Source: a cyanobacterium endosymbiont of Rhopalodia gibba (GTDB lineage: Bacteria > Cyanobacteriota > Cyanobacteriia > Cyanobacteriales > Microcystaceae). From it: a DNA stretch of 64,000 nt. Position numbers and translations under genes: made by a program. Positions 47,610-57,698 of the stretch are shown here, piece after piece (position 1 is the stretch's first letter; the number at the start of each line of letters is the position of its first letter). Where the stretch lies: the NCBI GenBank assembly GCA_045159875.1, contig CP067995.1, forward strand, positions 544,001 to 608,000, read 5' to 3'. A model generated the notes under the pieces. That model did not search any database and was not told the DNA's origin. It saw only the letters and a list, made by a program, of their open reading frames with translations.

Positions 47610-47861
47610 CTACCGAGTTCGTCTTACATAAATGGCACGGGCTAAGGTACGATCAATGGCAATTCGCATTTCTCCAACTTTAATAACATATGAAGGAAAT
47701 CGCTGTTCTAAGGTAATTTTAAGTCCAGGCATAATACCCATAGCGATCAGTTTTCGCAAGAGACTCTCATCATTCTTTCTGAATTGAGTAATAATCCCTG
47801 TATCCTTCTCTTTGAGAAGATTTAGAGCTAAAGACTCAACGGTGAAACTTTGGGCAAACAT
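47610..47861 (-). CDS. feoA: Ferrous iron transport protein A
   Basis: RKLIAMGIMPG SH3-like motif; follows feoB. Confidence 0.9.
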   Translation of the reverse strand: MFAQSFTVESLALNLLKEKDTGIITQFRKNDESLLRKLIAMGIMPGLKITLEQRFPSYVIKVGEMRIAIDRTLARAIYVRRTR

Positions 47862-47862
47862 T

Positions 47863-49329
47863 TTAGAACGTGACCTCCAGAATGGATAAGAGTTGATTGA
47901 GCAAATACCCCATTAAAAAGGCAAGTACAATAACAAAACTTGTCATGGCTAGAGTAATTTTAAGTCCGTGTTGTTTTAAAATTAATTGGAATTGAGTCAG
48001 ACAGGGAATAAATAGAGTTAAGGTAACTGCCGCTACGATCAATTGACGACCCATCAAAACACCTGAGCGATGAAGGTCAAACATAGCTGCAGCCCCATAG
48101 TCTCGGCGAAAAAATCCGTAAAGAAAAATGGAGGAAGTTGCGGGAGGAAGTCCTAACCAAATCATGATTGGCTCTAACTCTTTGAGCAATATTTCAAAGA
48201 GTCCAGACAGTTTTCCTAGCCAAATTAATACTGATACTAAAATGGATATGTGAATAATTTCCTTTAAATACCATAGAGTTCTTCCATAAGTTTTGCTCAA
48301 AATAGACTGAACTCTAGGTATCCTTAATGGGGGAATTTCTAGATAAAAACAGGCACTATCACCAGGTAGTATCTTGGCGGTTAATAACCCTACGATAACA
48401 AAGATAAAACTAATTGTTCCCACCCAAACAATTAGAGCAGTAGGACTTTGAGACAGTAACCCCAAAATAACTCCTAATTGAGGCGAACAGGGGACAACTA
48501 AGGCTAATAATAGGGTAGCAATCACTCTTTCCCGTTTACTTTCTAAAGTGCGAGTAACAAGAGTAGCCATCGTTCCACATCCTAATCCTAAAACTAGGGG
48601 AGTAATAGAACGTCCTGATAAACCTAAAGCTTTCAATAAGCGATCAGCCAATAGAGAAAGTCGAGGTAAGTAGCCACTATCTTCCAATAGAGAAAACATC
48701 AAAAAGAAAGTAGTTACAATAGGAAAAATAATAGCGATAACATATCTTAATCCTAAGGTAATAATGCCATGCTCATTAGCAATTAAATTTTGCAAAATTG
48801 TCCAGGGCAAGAGAGCCGCAGTTATCTGATTAATCAGAGGGTTAATAGTTTTAGTGAAAAAACCTTCGAGATTACTGACTAATACTCCTACGCCAAAGCT
48901 ACCAATAAATTGATAGATTCCAAAATAAAAAATAATTATTGCTAGGGGAAAGCCCGTAATGGGATTCACAGTCAACTGATGGAAAAATTCCTCACTTTCC
49001 TGGGATTTTTTCTTTATATTAACCACCGATGATTCTGCTATTTTCCTAGATAATTGATGACGACTTTTTGCAACTACTAACACCAGAGGATCACTAAACT
49101 GAGACCTAACATAATCAATAACAGTTTGAATTTCTGGAAAATGGGGCTCTAGTTTTTTGGCTTTTTCCCAAAAAATGGGATCTCCTTGAATAAGTAATAG
49201 GGCCAAACTACGCTTCGCAATCGGATATTTACACGAACTAGAAGACCCTTGATGATCTTGTATCAGCAGGGACTCAATTCTTGTCAGCCCTTCTTCAATA
49301 GCTGTAGGATAGCGCAGGAGTGGTGACAT
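47863..49329 (-). CDS. feoB: FeoB membrane/gate domain (C-terminal half)
   Basis: LEDSGYLPR, LGLGCGT, PCS, FYLEIPPLR, LFIPC. Confidence 0.88.
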   Translation of the reverse strand: MSPLLRYPTAIEEGLTRIESLLIQDHQGSSSSCKYPIAKRSLALLLIQGDPIFWEKAKKLEPHFPEIQTVIDYVRSQFSDPLVLVVAKSRHQLSRKIAESSVVNIKKKSQESEEFFHQLTVNPITGFPLAIIIFYFGIYQFIGSFGVGVLVSNLEGFFTKTINPLINQITAALLPWTILQNLIANEHGIITLGLRYVIAIIFPIVTTFFLMFSLLEDSGYLPRLSLLADRLLKALGLSGRSITPLVLGLGCGTMATLVTRTLESKRERVIATLLLALVVPCSPQLGVILGLLSQSPTALIVWVGTISFIFVIVGLLTAKILPGDSACFYLEIPPLRIPRVQSILSKTYGRTLWYLKEIIHISILVSVLIWLGKLSGLFEILLKELEPIMIWLGLPPATSSIFLYGFFRRDYGAAAMFDLHRSGVLMGRQLIVAAVTLTLFIPCLTQFQLILKQHGLKITLAMTSFVIVLAFLMGYLLNQLLSILEVTF

Positions 49330-49927
49330 AATTACCGATCTTGGCTTTTAACGTTTGAATGCCTCTTTTTTGGTAGGCTGATAGGGTGATAACAGGAATA
49401 CCGAGAGAGGCTTCTAATTGTTTTTCATTGACCCAAATTCCCAATTTTTCAGCTTCATCAAGCATATTGACTGCCAATAAAACCGGAAGTTGAATTTCCA
49501 TGAGTTGAAATGTCAAAGCTAACATTCGACTGAGATGTTTAGCATCAATAACATGAATAACTAAATCAATCGATTCTGTTAATAAAAAATCCCGAGAACA
49601 CTGTTCTTCTTCTGTCATGGGAATCAAAGAATACATCCCTGGAGTATCAATAATAGATACTGTTTGTCCAGAAATAATTGCCTGACCTTTGGAAATGTCA
49701 ACAGTTGTCCCAGGATAATTAGAAACAGTTGTGTAACTACCTGTCAACAGGTTAAATAGAAGACTCTTTCCCACATTAGGAGAACCGACTAAAGCAATAG
49801 TAGCTCGAGTAGGAATTAAAGGGTTAGAGGATTTTTTGAACTGATTTCTTGTCCAAAAACGATCCCAGATAGCTCTCAATTTACCCGGGGATGTTTGGGA
49901 AAAATCCCGACAGTGATTGCACGTCAT
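49295..49927 (-). CDS. feoB: FeoB GTPase domain (N-terminal half)
   Basis: GSPNVGKS, NYPGTTV, DTPGMYS, NMLDE. Confidence 0.88.
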   Translation of the reverse strand: MTCNHCRDFSQTSPGKLRAIWDRFWTRNQFKKSSNPLIPTRATIALVGSPNVGKSLLFNLLTGSYTTVSNYPGTTVDISKGQAIISGQTVSIIDTPGMYSLIPMTEEEQCSRDFLLTESIDLVIHVIDAKHLSRMLALTFQLMEIQLPVLLAVNMLDEAEKLGIWVNEKQLEASLGIPVITLSAYQKRGIQTLKAKIGNYVTTPALSYSY

Positions 49928-50227
49928 TTTCTATATCTAACTGGAGCTTATTCTCAGGATAGTTAATTTTTGTTTTGTAAACAGTCAATTGAGATACACA
50001 ATACCAAACTAATTTTTTAACAGAGAAAATTATAGCTAAATAGAATATATTTTTGTAGATATTGGGATAATAATTGGAGATAAAACTTATGTAAATTTAA
50101 AAAATGAATAAAAAAAAAGTGGACATTACCTAGTCAACTTACTGTATCCTACAGCGTCACTATATCGGCAAGACTAATTAATATACTTTAGTTAATTAAT
50201 TTCATCGTTTTTTATCTATAGCTGGAA

Positions 50228-50452
50228 TTATTCTTCTACAATCTGACCAGGTTTAAAAAACCAAATAATCCAAATACTTAGCATCAATTTAAGAATAGCT
50301 GAAGTCATCATAAACAATAAAAATATAGCTAAACTTCCTGCCATAATCGCTGCTAGTTTATGAATTTCGTCTTGACCTTTTAATCTAATCCAACTAGCAG
50401 TGATCCCGATAATTAACAATAAACAATAAACAGCAACCATAATTTCTCTCAA
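50228..50452 (-). CDS. Small membrane hypothetical protein
   Basis: Hydrophobic helices; DEIHKLAA; collinear with its neighbours; exact start uncertain. Confidence 0.55.
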   Translation of the reverse strand: MREIMVAVYCLLLIIGITASWIRLKGQDEIHKLAAIMAGSLAIFLLFMMTSAILKLMLSIWIIWFFKPGQIVEE

Positions 50453-50485
50453 TACTCCAATACTATTAGAGTGATTTAATCTAGT

Positions 50486-50836
50486 CTATATCTGAGGCTC
50501 AATATTAGTGGCAATCCAATACAATTCTAACCAGAGTCTAGGGTTCTTCTTTTTAAGATTAGACATAGGGTCTCTCACAATTCTTGTTGCATTTAGACAA
50601 ACAACTTCAACTAATCCTAAATTCTCGGCAAGTTCTTTCAACTCTTTTTGATATAAAAGAATATTCTTTCCTGTTCTTGCAGAATAATAAATGGCAAGAT
50701 AATGATAGAATTTCTCTTGTCTTTCCGCCCAACTATCAACAACGGTTAAATAACAACAACTCAATAGGTAGGAAATATGAGGATAATACTTATTGACAAG
50801 AGAAACATATTCTTCAAGTAATTTCTCACGAATCAT
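50486..50836 (-). CDS. Hypothetical protein
   Basis: Intact 116-aa ORF whose start overlaps the end of the upstream ORF. Confidence 0.7.
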   Translation of the reverse strand: MIREKLLEEYVSLVNKYYPHISYLLSCCYLTVVDSWAERQEKFYHYLAIYYSARTGKNILLYQKELKELAENLGLVEVVCLNATRIVRDPMSNLKKKNPRLWLELYWIATNIEPQI

Positions 50837-51203
50837 TGCTACAATCCCTCCACTTTAAACTATGAGATAGGTCAGAAAATAGAGAAGCTTTAATGCAATG
50901 GTTTTTGATTTTAGTGCATTTGTTAAAAAATACACCCTTATGACTGATACAATCCTTTAGGGGGTACTCAGAAAATTGGAAAGCTACCTCATTAATAGGA
51001 CAGTCTTCGCTTATTTTTGGACAAAATTTAGGTTTAAGGCAAGATAGTTTAACAGTTTTGTGATTTTTTCGAGATAATTCTAATTCTTGTCCAAAAAGAA
51101 ACTCACTATAGTCTGCTACATTATCCAGACCCAACAAATTGAGCAAAATCTCTCCCATCATCCAAAATGTTGTTTTGAAGACAAATGTTTTCCATTTGAG
51201 CAT
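50826..51203 (-). CDS. Hypothetical Cys-rich protein
   Basis: EILLNLLGLDNVADYSEF motif, seven Cys in the C-terminal half, GAGG RBS. Confidence 0.7.
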   Translation of the reverse strand: MLKWKTFVFKTTFWMMGEILLNLLGLDNVADYSEFLFGQELELSRKNHKTVKLSCLKPKFCPKISEDCPINEVAFQFSEYPLKDCISHKGVFFNKCTKIKNHCIKASLFSDLSHSLKWRDCSNDS

Positions 51204-51350
51204 AGCCGAACCTCAGCAAAAATTCGTGCATCGTGTCCATAATACATGACTCCTAAAATAGGATAGAAGGGGGAAAAAGTCGCAGAATTCTAAGAATAAA
51301 CTACGACTCCAACAGCAGATGATAAGAATAAAACTAGAAAAGACGATAAC

Positions 51351-51692
51351 TTACCCTAAGTAAGGTTCCTGATGAGTTTTAATCGTACAATCAGAGCGAG
51401 GATAAGCTACACAAAGAAGCACCCATCCTTTCTCAATTTGTTCATCATCCAAAAAGCTTTGATCTTCTTGATCAACTTCTCCCTCTACCATTCTGCCAAC
51501 ACAGCTAGAACAACCTCCTGAGCGGCAAGAAGAAGGTAACTCGATATCGTTTTCTTCAGCAAAATCCAGAATATACTGATCCTCTGGGACTTCTAAAGTT
51601 ATGTCCATTTCCGCAACTTCTTCTTTCTTACCCGTCTCTTTATTTTTTCTTTTGGCAACTTTCATGAGACGAACTTTATATGTAGTAGTCAT
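51351..51692 (-). CDS. fdxH: [2Fe-2S] ferredoxin FdxH
   Basis: [33 protein letters not shown]; follows hesB. Confidence 0.9.
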   Translation of the reverse strand: MTTTYKVRLMKVAKRKNKETGKKEEVAEMDITLEVPEDQYILDFAEENDIELPSSCRSGGCSSCVGRMVEGEVDQEDQSFLDDEQIEKGWVLLCVAYPRSDCTIKTHQEPYLG

Positions 51693-51734
51693 GTGTGTTC
51701 TCCTCCATTTAAGAACAGTAATTGGAAACTTGAA

Positions 51735-52094
51735 TTAGCTACAAGAGGTGGCTTTACTACCACAATCTCTTGATGAGAAAGACTTGCCACACCCACAGGT
51801 ATCTCCAGCATTAGGATTAGTAAAGATAAATCCGCTTTGGGTTAAACTGTCCACAAAATCAATTACCACCCCCTTGAGAAGAGGGAAACTTTGGGAATTA
51901 ACATAAATAGGAACATTTTCTTGCTCAAAAAAGATATCCTGAGCGTCTGGCTGTTTGACTAGATTGAGGGTGTATTCATGGCCACCACAGCCTCCATCTT
52001 TTATCCCAACACGAATCCCGGTTACTTTAGCTCCTTTCTCTTCTAAGAAGGTACGAAGTCTAAAAGCCGCTTTTTCAGTTAAACTAACTGTCAT
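51735..52094 (-). CDS. hesB: Fe-S assembly accessory protein HesB/IscA
   Basis: GGCGG, FTNPNA, CGCGKSF. Confidence 0.93.
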   Translation of the reverse strand: MTVSLTEKAAFRLRTFLEEKGAKVTGIRVGIKDGGCGGHEYTLNLVKQPDAQDIFFEQENVPIYVNSQSFPLLKGVVIDFVDSLTQSGFIFTNPNAGDTCGCGKSFSSRDCGSKATSCS

Positions 52095-52216
52095 AATTTA
52101 TCTCCACGTTTGATAGTTGCCGACTGTAAAGCTATATTCTCTGCTTACTGTTCATTACTCACTACCTAGAGTGCTCACTCTCGGTGTGTTTTGGTTGATT
52201 ATCCCAGTCAAGTTTT

Positions 52217-52960
52217 CTAGGTTAAATCACCACAAACCGGACAGTCAGGATCATGATAAGGACGACGTTTAGCAAAGGTGGTACTCGCAAAATCCATGGT
52301 CAATAATTGTCCTGTCAATGGCTGTCCTAGCCCCGTAATTAGTTTCACAGCCTCTAAGGCGGCTAAACAAGCTAGGGTTCCTGAAACAGCCCCTAACACC
52401 CCAAATCCCCAACGGTCCCAAGTTGGTTTCTCAGGAAAAATACAGGACAAACAGGGGGTTTCCCCAGGAATAACCGTGGTTAAGTAGGCTTCCATCTCAC
52501 TCATAGCCGCTTCCACCATTGGAATTTTCTGTCGCACACAGGCGGCATTTAGGGCTTCACGTTCGTTAAAGTCAAAGGCACAGTCGAGGGCAATGTCGGC
52601 TTGTTGTATCAGATTATGGACATTCTCTGGGGTTACAAATTCGGGTATAGCCTCAATTTCTACATCAGGATTGATTTCTAAAAGAGTTGTTTTGGCCTTG
52701 AATACCCTCGGTTTTCCTACCCAATCATCGGTCATCAAAATCTGACGGTTTAGGTCTTCTCGGCGAAGATTGCCCCCTCGAACTAGAACTAACTTGCCTA
52801 TTCCCGCGACAGCTAAGTAAAGGGCAACAGTTCCACCGAGCCCCCCTACTCCTGTAACAACAGCAGTAGTGGATTTTAGTTTCTTCTGCCCTTTCTCACC
52901 AAAGCCGTCTAATTGCATTTGACGAGAATAACGTTCTAATTCAATGGGGGTCAGTTCCAT
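52217..52960 (-). CDS. hesA: HesA (MoeB/ThiF family)
   Basis: ERYSRQ, GVGGLG, DLNRQIL, CLSC, CPVC. Confidence 0.93.
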   Translation of the reverse strand: MELTPIELERYSRQMQLDGFGEKGQKKLKSTTAVVTGVGGLGGTVALYLAVAGIGKLVLVRGGNLRREDLNRQILMTDDWVGKPRVFKAKTTLLEINPDVEIEAIPEFVTPENVHNLIQQADIALDCAFDFNEREALNAACVRQKIPMVEAAMSEMEAYLTTVIPGETPCLSCIFPEKPTWDRWGFGVLGAVSGTLACLAALEAVKLITGLGQPLTGQLLTMDFASTTFAKRRPYHDPDCPVCGDLT

Positions 52961-52968
52961 AATGTTTC

Positions 52969-53304
52969 TTAATCCTCAATGTCCTTAGCTAAATCGTCAA
53001 GTAAGACTACGTTTTTAGGAGCGTCTTTGAAGACCTTAAATAGCTTAGTTTCTAGAGGACTAGAAGTTTTGAACAACTCATAAGCTTCTTGAAAAGCTTC
53101 ACCATACTTAGCTAACTTTTCCGATTCGCTGATATTAGTAAACGCCTTATCAACGGCGGCAATAAGGATGGAAAATTGCTTCAAAATATGAAGACGATTA
53201 ACATTAACAAAACCGGGTTCATATTTAATTTCAAAAAATTGCAAAAAGTCTTCTGCATTAGTTAATTTAGAAAACTGTTCGTAAGTCTTTTCTGTACCAG
53301 CCAT
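52969..53304 (-). CDS. nifW: Nitrogenase-stabilizing protein NifW
   Basis: AEDFLQFF, VNVNRLHILKQF, KLFKVF. Confidence 0.95.
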   Translation of the reverse strand: MAGTEKTYEQFSKLTNAEDFLQFFEIKYEPGFVNVNRLHILKQFSILIAAVDKAFTNISESEKLAKYGEAFQEAYELFKTSSPLETKLFKVFKDAPKNVVLLDDLAKDIED

Positions 53305-53305
53305 T

Positions 53306-53542
53306 TCAGAGTTCCTCCCAGATTTTGAGTTGTTTTTTTAGTCGATCTAGTTCAAAATAAATATCGTAAGTTTTCTGAGCCATCTCTAGCAAGGTTTTGT
53401 AATTTATCGGTAAGCCTTCTGCTAGATCGTGCAAATCCATTTTTTGTTGACCCGCTCTGGAATTGAGTCGTTTAATGGATTTCTTGAGAGCTTCTATATC
53501 TTCTGGTGTCGGTTTAGTGGTTGTTGCTTCTCCCATTTTCAC
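53306..53542 (-). CDS. DUF683 (CCE_0567-family) nif-associated protein
   Basis: KMDLHDLAEGLP. Confidence 0.88.
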   Translation of the reverse strand: MKMGEATTTKPTPEDIEALKKSIKRLNSRAGQQKMDLHDLAEGLPINYKTLLEMAQKTYDIYFELDRLKKQLKIWEEL

Positions 53543-53681
53543 TTAACTCTTCTTTAACAAACCGTTAGCAATGAACAATTTCCACTTAATTATTGTTCAG
53601 AAAAATTAAAACAGCTATTTCTGATAAATATTCGTCAAAAACTCTTGGTTTAAGAGAATAAATCTTAATAGATTTTAGCCA

Positions 53682-54155
53682 TTAAAACCTTGCTACTTCA
53701 GGAAAACGCTGCACAACTTCGATCCCTGATTGAGTAATTTGTTCTCCTTGAGCTGCTAACCTTTCTAAGGAGTCAAAACCAAAACGATGAGCATCTCTTA
53801 AAGTCCGGCAAACCGTCATTAAACGACCGCTCCAGACTAAAGCCCAACCAAATCCCTCATTATTCAGCTCTACTAATACCTGACATAACTGAGCCGTTTC
53901 TTTCTCAATTAAACTAGCAATAGCACGATAGAAACAAAGAATTCTTAATTTAGTAGCTGGGTCAATATCTCCTTCTAGAGAAATCTCCCGTTTTTGTTTT
54001 TTACTAATTACATAAGGTCCGAGGACTAATTCATTAGTCCAACTTTTATAAACCCCATAGTGATCGTAGGCCCGAATTTGTCGAGCAACCTCTTGTAAGA
54101 AGGGACTATCTGAAACTAAAAGTGTTGACTGTTCTGAATTAGTTTTAGTCGTCAT
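53682..54155 (-). CDS. NifX-associated protein DUF269
   Basis: QIRAYDHYG, EGFGWAL, LRDAHRFGF. Confidence 0.9.
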   Translation of the reverse strand: MTTKTNSEQSTLLVSDSPFLQEVARQIRAYDHYGVYKSWTNELVLGPYVISKKQKREISLEGDIDPATKLRILCFYRAIASLIEKETAQLCQVLVELNNEGFGWALVWSGRLMTVCRTLRDAHRFGFDSLERLAAQGEQITQSGIEVVQRFPEVARF

Positions 54156-54230
54156 AGCAACTCCCTGACGTTAATTGATGATCAACAATTGATAGTTAAT
54201 AATGAACTTAAAACTATCCACTATATACTA

Positions 54231-54656
54231 TCAACTATTAACTACAATTTCCTCGTCGTCCTCATCTTCGAAGTTCAAAGGTTTAGACTCTTGTTGAAGA
54301 ACTTTGCGTAACCAGGGGGGGGGATTTCCCTTTAGGGTTTTCACCAATTCTGTTAGCAATTCCTCAATAGTTTCTGACTCACTCCTGGCTTTAACTGGGG
54401 TAACATTGCTGCGAATCAATCGAGCCGCTGCACTACCACCAATAGCAGCAACATAGATAATGGTACATCCTTTGAGGGCTTCAAGTTTTGGGTTTATTTT
54501 GTCTTCGTTCCCATCTTCTTTTAAGTCTCCTGAAAATTCTAAAGTTTGGTTAAAACTGAATCCTTCAGGTGTAACATCGTAAACGTCAATTTCCTTTGCC
54601 CAACCAAAATGGGCATTAATATGAACCCTATCACTAGTGGTAAATGCAACTTTCAT
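54231..54656 (-). CDS. nifX: FeMo-co biosynthesis protein NifX
   Basis: MKVAFTT, INAHFGWA, AIGGSAAA, PPPWLRK; GAGGAG RBS before ATG 54656. Confidence 0.95.
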   Translation of the reverse strand: MKVAFTTSDRVHINAHFGWAKEIDVYDVTPEGFSFNQTLEFSGDLKEDGNEDKINPKLEALKGCTIIYVAAIGGSAAARLIRSNVTPVKARSESETIEELLTELVKTLKGNPPPWLRKVLQQESKPLNFEDEDDEEIVVNS

Positions 54657-54722
54657 GGTAGTCCTCCTCTTAGAACTAAAAGAAATTAGTGGAAACTTTT
54701 CAAAAGCCATTAAGCAAAGAGA

Positions 54723-56105
54723 TCAATTATGACTTAAGACTGATGGATAATGAGGGGTGTTAGCTTCTTTATTTAACAAAATGTTGCCAACATCGAATAG
54801 AAATCGCATTGTTCCACGATATCCAACTAAACACCGTTGACCATTACCCAATTGATCAAAGACTGGATAGCCCATACGATATAAGGGAGCATTTAAGCGT
54901 TCTGCTAAAGCAGTCCCGTGGGAATTGGTAATGATTAAATCTGACCCAGCTGCCAAATCCTCTAAGTCTTCCAAGTCGCCAATGGTAACGGTACCGATAG
55001 GTAAATCTTCCAAAATTGGGGACTTAGTGGTAGTAACTGCCGCGTAAACCTTAGCACCCATATCATTAAGTAACCAAGCGGTTTGATAGAGTAAGTCTGG
55101 TTCAAGAGCTAAAGCTATCTTTTTACCTCCAAAATAAAAATGGGTATCGAGGATAGTATCTTGAAGTTGACAGCGTTGGCGTTGAAATAACGTAGGGATA
55201 TTAGGAATAATAGGGAAATGGTGGTCGCAGCGAGAAGTAACAATTTGGGACAAACGCCACAAAAAGCCATCAACTGCTTCTAGACCAGCTAAACGAGGAA
55301 ACACCTCATATTTTGTCCCGAAACGTTCCTCTAATATTTTAGCTGCTCCGCGCATACTTTCCCCAACTGCTAGGGTAAAACTTGAACGGGGCAATGACCT
55401 TAATTGAGCAACCGTTGTTCCCCCTCCAGTAATAGTTTGGTATCCATCTTCAAGATGTCCATCAAGAGATCTCGATAAATCGGGAATAGCTAAAGGGGTT
55501 AAGCCAAATGCTTCAACAATTTCCTTGATTTCTTCCATATCTCCTGGAGAGACAAAAGAACCGGGCAAAATATTGACTTGAGGTTGAGGATAAACTACCG
55601 AACTGAGAGAGGATTCCCCAGGAAAGGAATTATAGTCCAAGGCGACAATTTGCTCTACCGCAGAGGCAAAACCATCTTGTAAAGAGCCGCTATAATCCGG
55701 GGTAGAAACATAAACAATGGGCAAACTGTCCAGTTCCGGGTGACGTTCCCGAATAGTTTTGAGAATACGCTTCATATCATCCCCGCGCGTCTCTGTTAGC
55801 CCCGTGGTGAGCAACCCAATAATATCAGGGCTATTGTTCTCAACAATGGTCAAAATAGCCTGTTCAACGTTTTCCTCGCCCCCTAAGATAGTCGTTACCT
55901 CGGTCATAGCGGTGGTTGATAGGGGAATAGCTTCACGAAAATGACGTACCAGGACAACTTTGGCAAACGCGGTACAGCCTTGAGCCCCGTGAAATAAAGG
56001 CATCATTCCCTTTAATCCCAAAAATGCCAAGGAAGCGCCCAATGGTTGACTCATTTTAAGGGGGTTGACAGACAGAGATTTGTTTGCACTAACAACAGTT
56101 GTCAT
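54723..56105 (-). CDS. nifN: FeMo-co scaffold NifN
   Basis: NPLKMSQPLGA, HGAQGCTAF, RHFREAIPL. Confidence 0.97.
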   Translation of the reverse strand: MTTVVSANKSLSVNPLKMSQPLGASLAFLGLKGMMPLFHGAQGCTAFAKVVLVRHFREAIPLSTTAMTEVTTILGGEENVEQAILTIVENNSPDIIGLLTTGLTETRGDDMKRILKTIRERHPELDSLPIVYVSTPDYSGSLQDGFASAVEQIVALDYNSFPGESSLSSVVYPQPQVNILPGSFVSPGDMEEIKEIVEAFGLTPLAIPDLSRSLDGHLEDGYQTITGGGTTVAQLRSLPRSSFTLAVGESMRGAAKILEERFGTKYEVFPRLAGLEAVDGFLWRLSQIVTSRCDHHFPIIPNIPTLFQRQRCQLQDTILDTHFYFGGKKIALALEPDLLYQTAWLLNDMGAKVYAAVTTTKSPILEDLPIGTVTIGDLEDLEDLAAGSDLIITNSHGTALAERLNAPLYRMGYPVFDQLGNGQRCLVGYRGTMRFLFDVGNILLNKEANTPHYPSVLSHN

Positions 56106-56174
56106 TTTAGTTAAAAGTTAAGCATGTGATAGTTAAATGTTGGTTGATGGTTGGTAGTTACTAACTGGAGAACT

Positions 56175-57608
56175 TTACCATTTACTACTTCCTATTCCGC
56201 TCGCTTCTAGATTTAGTAAGTCTTCGTGTTCCTGCTGCCAAATTTCCCAGGGAGCCGGTTTACGAACCTGTTGCCAAATAGGACTGTGCACTGCTTCGTC
56301 TAATTCCCTAGCCATTTCAATCATTCCTACATAGCCGGCATAGGGATGATGACGTTCTTGGTTAATATCTAAGAAGGGAATCCTCGCTTTGAGTGCAGTA
56401 TATTGATTGCGCCCCCCTGCTACCAATAAATCTGCTTTCGTCTGTTCTATAACCTGTAATAGCTCCGTTGCATTACCCTTTTCAAGCATAATACCGTCTT
56501 TGCCTAAAAGTTTCTTAATCTTTGCCTTATCTTCCTCTGTACTCTTCTTAGTGCTGGTCGCCACTACTTCTATTCCTAAATCTTGTGCTGCAGAGACAAT
56601 GGACCAACTTTTGACTCCTCCAGTGTAGAGAACCATTCGCTTACCCTTAAGGCGATTACGATAAGGGACTAATGCTTTATCTAACTGCTCAGTTTCAGTT
56701 TTAATCAATTCTTCAACCCGTTGTTGCAAAGCAAGGTCACCCAATTTTGCGGCAATATTACGTAAACAACGATTCATGTCTGCAATGCCGTAAAATGACT
56801 CTTCAATGTAAGGAATGCCGTAACGTTCCTCCATTGCTGTTGCCATGTTAATTAAAGCTTTGGAGCAAATCATTACATTGAGTTTAGCGCGATGGGAATA
56901 ACACACTTCTTCATAACGCGCATCCCCTGTGATCTTTGCCATCACTCGAATACCGACTTTCTCAAACAGAGGCAAAACACCCCACATTTCTCCGGCGACG
57001 TTATATTCTCCAATTAAATTGATATCATAATCAGTAGTATATTCCGGCTCACGTGTTCCGACAACGTATTGCAACAATGCCTCTCCACCGAGGCGATTCC
57101 CTAGGTTTTTACTACCCACAAAACCAGGAGAATGAACAGGAATAACAGGAGTTTTATACTTAGCGGTAGCGGCTTTGCAAACTGCATCCAAATCATCCCC
57201 AATTAAAGCAGTAACACATGTAGAATAGACAAAAACAGCTGCTGGATTATAGCGTTTTACCAATCTAGTGATCGCCTTATAAAGCTTTTTTTCACCCCCA
57301 AAAATAACATCATTTTCTGATATGTCGGTGGTAAATCCCATTTTATAGGTTATAGGTCCACTGCTGAGACTGCCACGACTATTCCAACTATTACCCGAAC
57401 AAGCAATAGAACCGTGAACCAAATGAGCCGCATCTGTGATAGGAACTAGAGCGATAGACGCTCCGTCGAAGGCACAACCTCCCTGAGCCGCCCCAGGTTT
57501 AGCTTGTTGTTTACAGGACTTATTTTTTTCTTGACCTTCCTTGTTATGGTTATGTTCACAACCAGGTTGGGTGAGTAGTTCCGAGATTTTGCCTTTCGTG
57601 AGTTTCAT
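56175..57608 (-). CDS. nifE: FeMo-co scaffold NifE
   Basis: GGCAFDGA, YSTCV, GSKNLGNR, YTGGVKSWS, INQER. Confidence 0.97.
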   Translation of the reverse strand: MKLTKGKISELLTQPGCEHNHNKEGQEKNKSCKQQAKPGAAQGGCAFDGASIALVPITDAAHLVHGSIACSGNSWNSRGSLSSGPITYKMGFTTDISENDVIFGGEKKLYKAITRLVKRYNPAAVFVYSTCVTALIGDDLDAVCKAATAKYKTPVIPVHSPGFVGSKNLGNRLGGEALLQYVVGTREPEYTTDYDINLIGEYNVAGEMWGVLPLFEKVGIRVMAKITGDARYEEVCYSHRAKLNVMICSKALINMATAMEERYGIPYIEESFYGIADMNRCLRNIAAKLGDLALQQRVEELIKTETEQLDKALVPYRNRLKGKRMVLYTGGVKSWSIVSAAQDLGIEVVATSTKKSTEEDKAKIKKLLGKDGIMLEKGNATELLQVIEQTKADLLVAGGRNQYTALKARIPFLDINQERHHPYAGYVGMIEMARELDEAVHSPIWQQVRKPAPWEIWQQEHEDLLNLEASGIGSSKW

Positions 57609-57698
57609 GTTAATTGCCGGCTATTCTTGTTACCAATGACTAATCTTAGTATAAGAGTGGGTGAGGATGAAATCGAGCTGCTGCTTTTTGCCTTCTCA

